In this document: positions 28,064 to 37,414 of the stretch, piece after piece
How positions within the stretch are numbered: the first letter of the stretch is position 1
Layout: every line of letters begins with the position of its first letter
Source of the DNA: Lentisphaeria bacterium
GTDB lineage: Bacteria > Verrucomicrobiota > Lentisphaeria > JABSQK01 > JAWLHB01
Length of the DNA: 44,328 bases
NCBI GenBank assembly: GCA_041690595.1
Contig: JAWLHB010000058.1
Location: 1 to 44,328, forward strand
Direction of reading: 5' to 3'
Notes under the pieces: generated by a model
The model's input: only the letters and a program-made list of their open reading frames with translations
What the model was told of the DNA's origin: nothing
Databases searched by the model: none
Translations under genes and position numbers: made by a program

Positions 28064-31000
28064 ATGGCTGACGATACAACCAACACCGAGACAACCGAAG
28101 AAGCCGGCCCGCGAGACACCGCTCTGGAAGGTGGAGCCTACGATGTGCTGCGCAAGCGGCTGCAAGGGCTGGAGCGCGAACTCCTGGGACGGGTCGACAA
28201 GCTGAACGCGGAGCGCAAGGAGGTCTTCGGCGGGACCGAGAGCGCCATTATCGGTACGGCCCGGATCAAGACGGAGCACAACTGCCTGGCGCGGGACGTC
28301 GTCAGCATCGGCACGCACCTGATCGTCGGCTTTGAAGTCGTCATCGGCATGAAGAGTGAGGTGAAAGTCACCGACATGTTCGGTGTCTATGAAGTGGCGG
28401 GTGAGGAGTTGAAGCAGGTGGAGCCGGCGCTGCTGGCAGATGCCACCTTTCAGCGCGACTTCAGCGAGATCTTCCGCTACTACCAGAAGGCCCGCTTCCT
28501 GCAGTTCATCAAGCAGTTGGACAAGCTCCTCTTCATCTTCCAGGTTGGCGCGACCGAGAAGGACGTCAAGGTCGTGCGCTGGCGCATCGGCAACGACCAG
28601 ACGCTGCACTACATCGACGATCGCGGCGATCAGGATTACAAGCTGCCGGCGCAGCAGGATTTCGGCTGGACCAAGACAACGCGCGATGACCAGGTCTTCG
28701 GCGAGCATCCCCACGTGTCGATCGAAGATCGCGTCTTCGTGGAGTGCGTCGGCGGCGATCTGACCATCAAGATCGAAAACAATACCGCCAGCGGCGAAGG
28801 CATTTACGCGGAGCCGGTCGAGAATGCGGATCAGACGCTCGACGACGCCCACATCTGGTATGCCAGGATCGGCAGCCTGATCCTCCTTCGCGTGCAGCCG
28901 TACATGGAAGATGCGAACCGCTACTTCATCTTCAATCCAAAGACCGAGACGGCGGTGCGTCAGGATTCGATCGAGCAGGCGTGCGTGCAGTTGCCGGAAG
29001 GTCACGGCATCATCTTCCCGAAGGGCTGCTATCTGGAGAGCGGCGATTACCGGGAGTTTCAGGAACGGGTGGAAGGCATGGGCTACCACAGCCTCGTGCG
29101 TTCGCCCAATGGCGAAGATTTCCTCTACATCTTCTATCAGCGCGAGAGTGGCGCCTATGTCCTGCTCCAGTACAACCTGATCGCCAAGCGCCTGGAGAAC
29201 CCCATCTTCTGCATCGGCTATTCTCTGTACGACGATGGACGCATGCTCCTCTGCACCTCGCCCGATCGCGACCCCAAGCGCATTCACACCGTCCAGATCT
29301 GGCAGACTCCTTTTTACAGCGACACCCATCAGGTTGTCCAGCAGAGCGACTCCTACCTCGACAAGATCGGCAATCGCGATCTGGTGAGGGCCATCGCCGA
29401 CTGCACCAGCATCAGCCGCCTCGTCAATCGTGATGTCGTCAACATCCTCGTCTATCAGGAGTTGGTCGACGAAGCGAACGGCTTGCTGGATGGTTATCAC
29501 TGGCTGGGCCACGACTCCGTCTTCAACCTGCGCGAGATCGTCGTCCAGATCAAGACCGCCGCGCTCGCCGCGGTGGACGAATTCGACAAGGTCGAGCGCA
29601 TCCGCCGCACCACCCGCGAGCAGATCGACGCCAATGCCAAGGCCGCCGAAGCGCTGATCAAGGAAGCCCGCTTCGGCAGCTTCCGTACAGTCGACGATTT
29701 CGTGACGATGCTCAATCAGCTCCGCTCCCGCCGCGGGCAGGTCATCTCCCTGCGCGAGCTGCGCTTTGCCGACCAGGAACGCATCGCCCGGCTGGAGGAA
29801 CAGCTCGAAAAGGCTACGCACGAACTTTCCCTGGCCTGCATCGACTTCCTCTTGCGGCCCAGCTCCTTCGACAGCTACTTCGAACGCGTCGCGGATGTCG
29901 AAAAGAAGACCGAGGCCGCCGGCAAGGTCGCCGATATCCTGCCGCTCGAAGCGACCCTCGAAGAGCTGAGTCAGCGCCTCGACCTGCTGACCGACGTCGT
30001 CAACAACCTCCAGATTGATGATACCACCAAGACGACGCGCATCGTCGACGCGATCACCGATGTCTTCGCGGCCGTCAACCGCGGCAAGGCCATGGCGCGC
30101 AATCGCCGGCAGGATCTGGGGCGGCGGGAGTCATCGGCCGAATTCGCCGCACAGTTCAAGCTCCTCTCCCAATCGATCAACAACTACATCGGCCTCTGCG
30201 ACACCCCCGCGAAATGTGACGACTATCTGACCAAGCTGATGGTCCAGGTCGAGGAACTCGAGGGGCGCTTCGTCGATTTCGAAGAGTTCGTCGAGCAGCT
30301 CTCGGAGAAGCGGGAGGAAGCCTACGCGGCTTTCGTCAATCGCAAGCAGCTCCTCGAGGAAGAGCGCAAGCGCCGTGTCAACAGCCTGCTTTCCAGCGCC
30401 GAACGCATCCTGAAGGGAATTCGCAACCGCGCCGAGAGCTTCAAGACGGTCGACGACGTCAACGCCTACTATGCTGCCGACCTGATGGTGGCCAAGCTTC
30501 GTGACATCATCGACAAGCTGCAGGAGTATGGCGACAGCGTCAAGGCCGATGACCTGCTGGGCCAGCTCAAGTCGAGCAAGGACGCCACCATCCGCAAGCT
30601 GCGCGACAAGATCGACCTCTTCGACGAGGGCGAGAACCTCATCAAATTCGGCGAGTACCGCTTCACCGTCAATACCCAGCCCCTCGAACTGACGACCATC
30701 TATCGCGACGATGCGACCTTCTTCCACCTGACCGGCACCGACTTCTACGAGCGCATCACGGATCCCGATTTCCTGCTGACCCGCGACCTGTGGGAGCAAA
30801 GCCTGGTCAGCGAGAACAGAGAGGTCTACCGCGCGGAATACCTGGCCTACATCATTCTCAAGGCGGCGGTGAGCAAGGAAGCGGGGCTGAACCTGGAAGA
30901 ACTGATCGCGGCCGCCAATGACGAGGAGGCGAAGCCACTGGCGGAGTTGGTCCACCGTTTCGCCTCCGACCGGTACAACGAGGGCTACGACAAGGGGATA

Positions 31001-33346
31001 CACGATCACGACGCCACCCTCATCCTTCGTGCCCTCGTCAATGTCTACAATGAATGCGAGCTGTTGCGCTACGACTCCACCTCGCGCGCCCATGCCATCA
31101 TCTTCTGGTGCTACTACGCCGACGATGCGCACAAGCAGCGTCTGCGCAACAAGCTCCGCAGCTATGGCCAGATGGGGGACACCTTTGACTATCGCGAGCC
31201 GGACCCGCGTTACATCGGCGAGATCCATACCGCCATGCATCACTTCTTTGGCGGTGTCCTCGGCGAAGTCGACCCAACGACGCTGCGCATTGCCGCCGAG
31301 TACCTCTTCTATGAGCTGCAGGATCAGGCCGAGCTGCTCTTCACCGTCAACGCCCTGGCCCATCAGCTCTACAAGCGTTTTGACGCCTATCTGCACAAGC
31401 GCCGGGTCAAGGACGCCTTTCTGGCGGACGTGGCGCACCAGCAGGACGACCTTGCCAACCTGCTCAGCCTGACCCACCACTGGGTCGCCACCTATGTCCG
31501 CACGCAGGAAGGCGAAGAGCATGTGCCGCTGGTCTGGGAGGTGGTGGCGCTGATTGCGGCGGGCGACGTGATCGAGAAGGAAGAGATCGCGATCTCCACC
31601 TACCGGGTGGTCAAAGGGTGCCTGGGGCAACATCCGCTGATCAAGGAGAAGCAGCTGCCCATTCATCTGGACCGCTGGCTGCTCAAGATGAATCAGTTCG
31701 CCAACGAACGAGTCCCTCGATTTCAGCAGTACCTGCAGCTGCGGACGGAGCTTACGGCGCGCCGCCGACACGAGATGCGCCTGCACGAATTCCAGTCGAA
31801 GGTGCTCGGCTCCTTTGTGCGCAACAAGCTGATCAACGACCTCTACCTCGGCCTGGTGGGCGCCAACTTTGCCAAGCAGATGGGGGCGGCCGGCGAAGGA
31901 AAACGGACGGACCTGATGGGCATGCTGCTGCTCATTTCGCCACCGGGCTATGGCAAGACCACGCTGATGGAATACATCGCCAATCGCCTCGGCCTGACCT
32001 TCATGAAGATCAATGGCCCCGCCATCGGCCACGGCGTGACGTCCCTCGATCCGGTGGAAGCGCCCAATGCCACCGCACGCGAAGAGCTGGGCAAGCTGAA
32101 CCTGGCGCTCGAGATGGGCAACAACATCATGCTCTATGTCGATGACATCCAGCACTGCAACCCCGAGTTTCTGCAGAAGTTCATCTCGTTGTGCGACGCG
32201 CAACGGCGCATCGAAGGCGTCTACCGGGGGCAGCCGAAGAGCTACGATCTGCGGGGCAAGAAGGTGGCCGTGGTCATGGCCGGGAATCCATACACGGAGT
32301 CGGGAGACAAGTTCAAGATCCCGGACATGCTCGCCAATCGCGCCGATACCTACAATCTGGGCGATATCTCCGCCTCCGCCCGCGACCTCTTCGAGCTTTC
32401 CTTCATCGAGAACGCGATGACGTCGAACCAGGTGCTGACTACCATCGCCTCCCGCAGCCACGAAGATCTCTATCGCTTCATGCAGATCCTCGCGACCAAT
32501 TCGCGCGAAGGCATTCAGTTCGACCATGACTATTCCGCCGCCGAGGTCACGGAGATCCTCGGTACGCTGAAGAAGCTGCGCCGGGTGCAGCAGATCCTTC
32601 TGCGCGTGAACGAGCAGTACATTTATTCGGCCGCCCAGCAGGACGATTATCGCAAGGAGCCCCCCTTCAAGCTCCAGGGTTCGTACCGCAATATGAACAG
32701 GTTGGCGGAAAAGGTCTTCCCGGTGATGACCGACCAGGAAGTGGATCAGTTGATCATCGACCACTATTACAACGAATCACAGACGCTGACGACCGGCGCG
32801 GAGGCCAACCTCCTCAAGTTCAAAGAGCTGATGGATGTCATGAGCGAGGACGAACGTCGGCGCTGGGAGGACATCAAGAGTGAGTTCAACCGCCGGCAGA
32901 TGCTCTCCGGGATGGACGATTCAGACCAGATGGGGCAGGTGCTGGGGCAGCTCTCCGCCTTCAATGCCGGACTCGGCAACATCCGTACCTCCATCGATCG
33001 CAGCCTCGAAAGCGGTCTGCGGCAGCTTGCCGGGCGGCTGGTCGAGGGACAGCAGCTCGATCTTTCCCCTTTGGTGGACGCGGTGACCCGTATTGGCGAG
33101 CGCCAGCCACAGCTCAACCTGACGCCGCTGATCGAAGCGATGCGTCAGCCTCCCGCCCTGCAGGCAAACTTCCCCAAGGAGTACGCCAAGGCATGGGAGC
33201 GCCAGATCACCGCCGTTGAATGCCTCGTCCCCATTCTCGAGTCGATCAAGTTGCAGAACGACACCTTCCTGCAACTGAAGGTCGTCATGCAGGAAATTCT
33301 GGAAGGCCGCGTCCACGTACGGCGAACCGCCCCCCCGGACCAGTAG
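28064..33346 (+). CDS. Giant coiled-coil AAA+ ATPase (DUF3686, commonly auto-annotated as 'DNA repair ATPase')
   Basis: 1760 aa. N-terminal GGAYDVLRKRL and HPHVSIEDRVFVECVGGDLTIKIENNT. Central coiled coil. Walker A SPPGYGKT, Walker B MLYVDD, AGNPY and MLANRAD. Confidence 0.88.
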   Translation: MADDTTNTETTEEAGPRDTALEGGAYDVLRKRLQGLERELLGRVDKLNAERKEVFGGTESAIIGTARIKTEHNCLARDVVSIGTHLIVGFEVVIGMKSEVKVTDMFGVYEVAGEELKQVEPALLADATFQRDFSEIFRYYQKARFLQFIKQLDKLLFIFQVGATEKDVKVVRWRIGNDQTLHYIDDRGDQDYKLPAQQDFGWTKTTRDDQVFGEHPHVSIEDRVFVECVGGDLTIKIENNTASGEGIYAEPVENADQTLDDAHIWYARIGSLILLRVQPYMEDANRYFIFNPKTETAVRQDSIEQACVQLPEGHGIIFPKGCYLESGDYREFQERVEGMGYHSLVRSPNGEDFLYIFYQRESGAYVLLQYNLIAKRLENPIFCIGYSLYDDGRMLLCTSPDRDPKRIHTVQIWQTPFYSDTHQVVQQSDSYLDKIGNRDLVRAIADCTSISRLVNRDVVNILVYQELVDEANGLLDGYHWLGHDSVFNLREIVVQIKTAALAAVDEFDKVERIRRTTREQIDANAKAAEALIKEARFGSFRTVDDFVTMLNQLRSRRGQVISLRELRFADQERIARLEEQLEKATHELSLACIDFLLRPSSFDSYFERVADVEKKTEAAGKVADILPLEATLEELSQRLDLLTDVVNNLQIDDTTKTTRIVDAITDVFAAVNRGKAMARNRRQDLGRRESSAEFAAQFKLLSQSINNYIGLCDTPAKCDDYLTKLMVQVEELEGRFVDFEEFVEQLSEKREEAYAAFVNRKQLLEEERKRRVNSLLSSAERILKGIRNRAESFKTVDDVNAYYAADLMVAKLRDIIDKLQEYGDSVKADDLLGQLKSSKDATIRKLRDKIDLFDEGENLIKFGEYRFTVNTQPLELTTIYRDDATFFHLTGTDFYERITDPDFLLTRDLWEQSLVSENREVYRAEYLAYIILKAAVSKEAGLNLEELIAAANDEEAKPLAELVHRFASDRYNEGYDKGIHDHDATLILRALVNVYNECELLRYDSTSRAHAIIFWCYYADDAHKQRLRNKLRSYGQMGDTFDYREPDPRYIGEIHTAMHHFFGGVLGEVDPTTLRIAAEYLFYELQDQAELLFTVNALAHQLYKRFDAYLHKRRVKDAFLADVAHQQDDLANLLSLTHHWVATYVRTQEGEEHVPLVWEVVALIAAGDVIEKEEIAISTYRVVKGCLGQHPLIKEKQLPIHLDRWLLKMNQFANERVPRFQQYLQLRTELTARRRHEMRLHEFQSKVLGSFVRNKLINDLYLGLVGANFAKQMGAAGEGKRTDLMGMLLLISPPGYGKTTLMEYIANRLGLTFMKINGPAIGHGVTSLDPVEAPNATAREELGKLNLALEMGNNIMLYVDDIQHCNPEFLQKFISLCDAQRRIEGVYRGQPKSYDLRGKKVAVVMAGNPYTESGDKFKIPDMLANRADTYNLGDISASARDLFELSFIENAMTSNQVLTTIASRSHEDLYRFMQILATNSREGIQFDHDYSAAEVTEILGTLKKLRRVQQILLRVNEQYIYSAAQQDDYRKEPPFKLQGSYRNMNRLAEKVFPVMTDQEVDQLIIDHYYNESQTLTTGAEANLLKFKELMDVMSEDERRRWEDIKSEFNRRQMLSGMDDSDQMGQVLGQLSAFNAGLGNIRTSIDRSLESGLRQLAGRLVEGQQLDLSPLVDAVTRIGERQPQLNLTPLIEAMRQPPALQANFPKEYAKAWERQITAVECLVPILESIKLQNDTFLQLKVVMQEILEGRVHVRRTAPPDQ

Positions 33347-33440
33347 CCTCCCTGCCTGCCTGCGTTTTACCGGTGGATGGTAACGGATGACGGAAAAAGG
33401 TCATCTGCACCCTTTATTCCGCTATTCAGGAACAACGTGC

Positions 33441-33469
33441 TTGACTGATGTAGTCATGGTGTGTAATGT
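33441..33469 (+). promoter_or_regulatory. Putative sigma70 promoter of the rhomboid gene
   Basis: TTGACT, 17-bp spacer, TAATGT. Confidence 0.5.
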
Positions 33470-33557
33470 TCGGGATAATGGGCATTCGCGTGAACCTTGA
33501 TGAACTTTCATGCAGGTTCATGCCTGTAAATGTACACTCAACCACGGGAGGTGAATC

Positions 33558-34310
33558 ATGCTGGTAGTCGCACCTTATCGCACGGATGTTTTGTTCCCAC
33601 GTTTTCCGCTGATGAACATCATCTTCATGGTCATCACCATCGCGATGTTCTTTGGGCTTCTCTTCGAGGTGATAGAAGATGTCGAGAAGCTGATACTCTT
33701 CGATTGGGGGCTCAGCGGGATGATTGGGCACATGTTCGTGCACTTCAGTTTCTGGCACCTCTTCGGCAACATGGCCTTTCTGTGGGTGTTCGGGAATGCG
33801 ATATGCACGAAGATGAGCGGCCTTGGTTATGGGCTCCTGTACATCGGTGGTGGACTGGTGGCCGCTGCCACCCACCTGATCTTCAGCGGTGAACCGGCCA
33901 TAGGCGCCAGTGGTGCCATCAACTGCATTGTCGGCTTCTATCTGGTCGTCTATCCGCTGAATGCGATCAGCTTCTTCTATCTCATCCTCTGGTTCCTGCC
34001 GCCGATCGGCAAGTGCGGGCAGTTTGCGATACCCGGCTTCCTGGTGATCATCCTCTTCTTCGTCTTCGATATCGTGGGCGTGGCCAGGGGCGGAGGCGGC
34101 GTTGCTTACTGGGCGCACATCGGCGGCTTCCTCTTTGGCGTCGTCTCCGGCCTCATCGTGGTGGCTGCCGGCAAGATCACCCTCACCCAGCACGATCATC
34201 GCACCCTCTGCGACATTCTCACCGGCAAGAACGAATCGACCGCCAAGCGCAAGAAGCTGGATCGCATGCGGCAGAGCAAGCCGAAGGTCTACGTCATCGA
34301 CGGGGAATGA
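33558..34310 (+). CDS. Rhomboid family intramembrane serine protease
   Basis: HMFVHFSFWHLFGNM, catalytic GASGA and AHIGG motifs. GGAGGT RBS. Confidence 0.93.
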   Translation: MLVVAPYRTDVLFPRFPLMNIIFMVITIAMFFGLLFEVIEDVEKLILFDWGLSGMIGHMFVHFSFWHLFGNMAFLWVFGNAICTKMSGLGYGLLYIGGGLVAAATHLIFSGEPAIGASGAINCIVGFYLVVYPLNAISFFYLILWFLPPIGKCGQFAIPGFLVIILFFVFDIVGVARGGGGVAYWAHIGGFLFGVVSGLIVVAAGKITLTQHDHRTLCDILTGKNESTAKRKKLDRMRQSKPKVYVIDGE

Positions 34311-34334
34311 CAGACTCGCGCGGTACGCCGCAAC

Positions 34335-34368
34335 AAAAAAGCCCGCTGCCGGTGGTGCGGCAGCGGGC
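34335..34368 (-). terminator. Rho-independent terminator of the 34391-34910 minus-strand operon (possibly bidirectional)
   Basis: Perfect 11-bp stem GCCCGCTGCCG/CGGCAGCGGGC with A6 on the + strand. Confidence 0.85.
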
Positions 34369-34390
34369 GGGTATCATCAACCGAGCGTGC

Positions 34391-34753
34391 TTATTCGGCT
34401 ACGGGCTCGGGCAGTACCTCGGCCTTGACCGGAACGATGACGGAGGCGACAACGGTCAGCCATTTGGCCTCTTCCACCACGGAAACAATGCCGGTGACCT
34501 TGGCGTCACGGCCTTCGGCGAGGGCAAGCGCCTTGCCCTTCTCGTCGAGCTTGACGTTGTAGGTGACGGCGGGGTCGCCCGCAACAACGAGCTTGACGGC
34601 GGTGACGATGCCTTCTTCGTTTTCAACGACGACGACTTTACCGGTGACGGCAATGGTCGCCGGCTTGATCTCGACCGCGGCGTCCTGTGCATGGATACTG
34701 GTGCAGAAGGTGGCGGCCATCAGGATAACAATCGACATGAGTAGTTTGCGCAT
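34391..34753 (-). CDS. Small secreted beta-rich (OB-fold-like) protein
   Basis: Signal peptide MRKLLMSIVILMAATFCTSIHA|QD. VTGKV...GRDAKVTGIV pattern. The ORF-track extension to 35014 is out of context. Confidence 0.75.
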   Translation of the reverse strand: MRKLLMSIVILMAATFCTSIHAQDAAVEIKPATIAVTGKVVVVENEEGIVTAVKLVVAGDPAVTYNVKLDEKGKALALAEGRDAKVTGIVSVVEEAKWLTVVASVIVPVKAEVLPEPVAE

Positions 34754-34784
34754 AGTTGAGCCCTTTATTCTCGTTTTGTAATGA

Positions 34785-34910
34785 TCAGCGTTTGGGACGG
34801 GGAGCGTCTTTCTTGTCGGTGGGCTTGCTCGTGTCGCAGGGCTTGCCCGGCTTGCAGCAGCCGCCTTGTTTCGGGGGTTGCTGTTTGGCTGGTTCCTTCT
34901 TGTCTGCCAT
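34785..34910 (-). CDS. Unannotated 41-aa Lys/Pro-rich small protein with a GGCC-x5-C cluster
   Basis: AAGGAG RBS 7 nt before the ATG. Reads MADKKEPAKQQPPKQGGCCKPGKPCDTSKPTDKKDAPRPKR*. First ORF after a sigma54 promoter. Confidence 0.7.
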   Translation of the reverse strand: MADKKEPAKQQPPKQGGCCKPGKPCDTSKPTDKKDAPRPKR

Positions 34911-34975
34911 GGGAATGCTCCTTTTGTTGTTGCATCTCTAAGCCAATCAGGGTTGGCGTTGGCGGTATAGGATAT

Positions 34976-34991
34976 AGCATTCGTGATGCCA
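34976..34991 (-). promoter_or_regulatory. sigma54 (-24/-12) promoter
   Basis: The minus strand reads TGGCATCACGAATGCT (GG-N10-GC), divergent from a sigma54 activator gene. Confidence 0.75.
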
Positions 34992-35020
34992 GATGAAGAA
35001 GAAGCCGCGTTCATGCACCG

Positions 35021-35033
35021 TAAGTGGCTGATA
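35021..35033 (-). promoter_or_regulatory. IHF-like binding site
   Basis: The minus strand TATCAGCCACTTA fits WATCAR-N4-TTR and sits between the sigma54 site and the putative UAS. Confidence 0.5.
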
Positions 35034-35084
35034 ATCAGGCAGATGCGGCTAGATCAGGCAATTTTATTGGAGACGGTGATAAAC

Positions 35085-35151
35085 ACAGAATGGCATCTTG
35101 ACTTCCGACAAAACGGAATCCATAGTTCTTATTTACAGAAACAGGAATTCT
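35085..35151. promoter_or_regulatory. Candidate enhancer (UAS) repeats overlapping the activator's own sigma70 promoter
   Basis: AC(A/G)GAA-N7-TT(C/G) at 35085, 35113 and 35135. TTGACT-17-CATAGT at 35098-35126. Confidence 0.5.
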
Positions 35152-35159
35152 ACCTACCG

Positions 35160-36590
35160 ATGCTAGTCCGAATTGTCATGTTGCTGGACGATGAGGTGTT
35201 GGAGAAGCGGCTGCGGCGCTTGCTCAAACGAGACGATGTCTTGCTGACTTCCCTGGCCGGCAGCGAATTGGAGGTTGCCCGTCTGGAACGGGAATCGCCG
35301 GATCTGCTGATCATCACCCGTCATCTGCTCAAGGAGCCCCTGCTGCCGACCATGATCGCATTGCGCCGACTTCCGGAAGAGCCGGAGGTGCTGGTGATGC
35401 GGGAGTTGGAGAACGCGGCGGAGCGGGCTCACCTGCTGGCGGCAGGCGTCTGCGCGGTGGCCTGCACCGAAGTGGCCGACGCGGCGCTGGCGGAGTTGCT
35501 GGCGCGACAGATCGAGCGTCGCGTGCAGGCCATGCTGAGCCTCCTGGATGCCGCCCATGGTGCGCGACAGGTGCGGCTGATGGACTTTGTCTCGGCGAGT
35601 TCGGCGATGCATGCCTTTGTGCAGACGGTCTACCAGGTGACGGATGCGGATACCACCTTGCTAATTCTCGGGGAGACCGGGGTCGGCAAGGAGCACCTGG
35701 CACGCGGCATTCATGCGGAAAGCCGCCGTGCGAGCGGGCCGTTCATCGCCGTGAACTGCGGCGCGCTGCCGGAGCACCTGCTCGAGAGCGAACTCTTCGG
35801 CCATGAGGAGGGCGCCTTCACCGGGGCGAGTCGAGCGGTTCGCGGTCAGTTTGAGCTGGCCCATCGCGGCACGCTCTTTCTGGACGAGATCGGCGACATG
35901 CCGGTCCACCTGCAGGTCAAGCTGCTGCATGTTCTGGAGCGCCGGCAGATTCGCCGGGTTGGCGGTGAACGCGTGATCGACATCGACGTGCGGATACTGG
36001 CGGCGACCAATCGCAATCTGGGGGTCGAAATCGCGGCGAATCGCTTTCGGCAGGACCTCTTCTATCGCTTGAGCGCCGTAGCGCTGACGATCCCGCCCTT
36101 GCGGGAACGACGCGAGGATGTGCCGGAGCTGATCGCCAACTATCTGCGCCATTTCCGCGTCGCCATGGGGCGGGATGTGCGGGAGGTCGCCCCGTCGGCG
36201 GTGGCGGCGTTGCAGCGTTACGACTGGCCGGGGAATGTGCGCGAGTTGATCAATGTGGTCGAGAGGGCGGTCCTGCTCAGCAGCGGACCTGTTGTCGGTC
36301 TTGCCGACTTGCCGCCGGCCATCGCGGGAACGGTTGCCGGAAGCCCCTTCACGCCGACCGCGATGGCGGCGAGCGACACGGTGGCGGTACCGGTGCTGAG
36401 CGATCAGCCCCTGTCCACGGCGCGCACCACCGCGGTAGCCGTCTTCGAACATGCCTACGTAAGCCAGGTGCTGCGGAAGACTGGCGGCAGAGTCGGCGAG
36501 GCTGCCAGACTGGCGGGAATCACGCCGCGCGCCCTCTACGATCGCATGCGTCATCTCGGGCTGCGAAAGGAAGATTTTCGCGATCGCTGA
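35160..36590 (+). CDS. sigma54-dependent Fis-family activator (NtrC-like) with degenerate receiver domain
   Basis: [38 protein letters not shown] and WPGNVREL motifs plus a Fis HTH. The receiver-like N-terminus has PDLLIIT where the phospho-acceptor Asp is expected. Confidence 0.92.
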   Translation: MLVRIVMLLDDEVLEKRLRRLLKRDDVLLTSLAGSELEVARLERESPDLLIITRHLLKEPLLPTMIALRRLPEEPEVLVMRELENAAERAHLLAAGVCAVACTEVADAALAELLARQIERRVQAMLSLLDAAHGARQVRLMDFVSASSAMHAFVQTVYQVTDADTTLLILGETGVGKEHLARGIHAESRRASGPFIAVNCGALPEHLLESELFGHEEGAFTGASRAVRGQFELAHRGTLFLDEIGDMPVHLQVKLLHVLERRQIRRVGGERVIDIDVRILAATNRNLGVEIAANRFRQDLFYRLSAVALTIPPLRERREDVPELIANYLRHFRVAMGRDVREVAPSAVAALQRYDWPGNVRELINVVERAVLLSSGPVVGLADLPPAIAGTVAGSPFTPTAMAASDTVAVPVLSDQPLSTARTTAVAVFEHAYVSQVLRKTGGRVGEAARLAGITPRALYDRMRHLGLRKEDFRDR

Positions 36591-36616
36591 GGAGCCGTTT
36601 CGGTTGCTCTGCCGAC

Positions 36617-37357
36617 ATGAAGTTGCGTAGCGAGAAATCCGTGCTTCATTACCCGGCAACGAAGGGGGCGACTGTGGCGCTTTGGGACCGGCATCTGGAT
36701 GATATGGAATATTGTGTCTGCGACTTGGAAACGACGGGTATGTCACCCGATTATGACGCTATCGTGGAGGTCGCCATGATCCGCATGCGCGCGGATGGCA
36801 GCATCGTCGAATCGCTGGACACCCTGGTCAATCCGCGGCAGCGGGTGCGGGCGACGGAGATTCATGGCATCACCGATGCGGATGTGCGCCATGCACCAAC
36901 GATCGATGATCTGAGCAGCGAGATCTGCCGAATGCTGCACGGCGCGGTGCTGGTCACCTACAACGTCTACTTCGACCTCCCCTTCATGGAGGCGCAGGTG
37001 CTGCGTCCGTCGGCGTGCGCGGGAGCGGTGCCGGCACTCTGCGCCATGTACATGCGCGGCCTGCTCGGGCTGAATCCGTCGCGGATGAAGCTGCCGGAGG
37101 CGTGTCGCTCGGCTGGTGTAGCCTTCCAGGAATGTCATCAAGCCTTTGCGGATGCCGAGGCGACGCAGCGACTCTTCAGGTGTTACCTCACGGAAGCGCG
37201 CGCTCAGGAGATCCACACCTTCGCCGACTTTCGCCGTTCAGGGAAGAGCTACAAGTTCATGAACGATTGGCGTCGCGATCCGCTCTCCTTCTCCGCGGCC
37301 CCCACCCCCGTGAAGCTCCGCCCCCGCACCCCCCAGGCATTTGCCGCACGCTCATAG
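36617..37357 (+). CDS. DEDDh 3'-5' exonuclease (DnaQ-like)
   Basis: ExoI DLETTG, IHGIT, ExoII YNVYFD and ExoIII HQAFADA motifs. The true start may be the GTG at 36674. Confidence 0.9.
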   Translation: MKLRSEKSVLHYPATKGATVALWDRHLDDMEYCVCDLETTGMSPDYDAIVEVAMIRMRADGSIVESLDTLVNPRQRVRATEIHGITDADVRHAPTIDDLSSEICRMLHGAVLVTYNVYFDLPFMEAQVLRPSACAGAVPALCAMYMRGLLGLNPSRMKLPEACRSAGVAFQECHQAFADAEATQRLFRCYLTEARAQEIHTFADFRRSGKSYKFMNDWRRDPLSFSAAPTPVKLRPRTPQAFAARS

Positions 37358-37414
37358 GAAGCGTCGGTACGCACGAGGTGGACTTGTGCTGGTACCTTCA
37401 TGCGTTCAGGTGGC

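Noticed and set aside
25709..32764. 776-, 591- and 877-aa minus-strand ORFs
   Set aside because: Shadows of the flotillin and ATPase genes.
34754..35014. N-terminal extension of the 207-aa ORF 34391..35014 and of the 535-aa ORF 34983..36590
   Set aside because: Both extensions run through promoter DNA. The signal peptide supports a start at 34753 and the domain boundary supports 35160.
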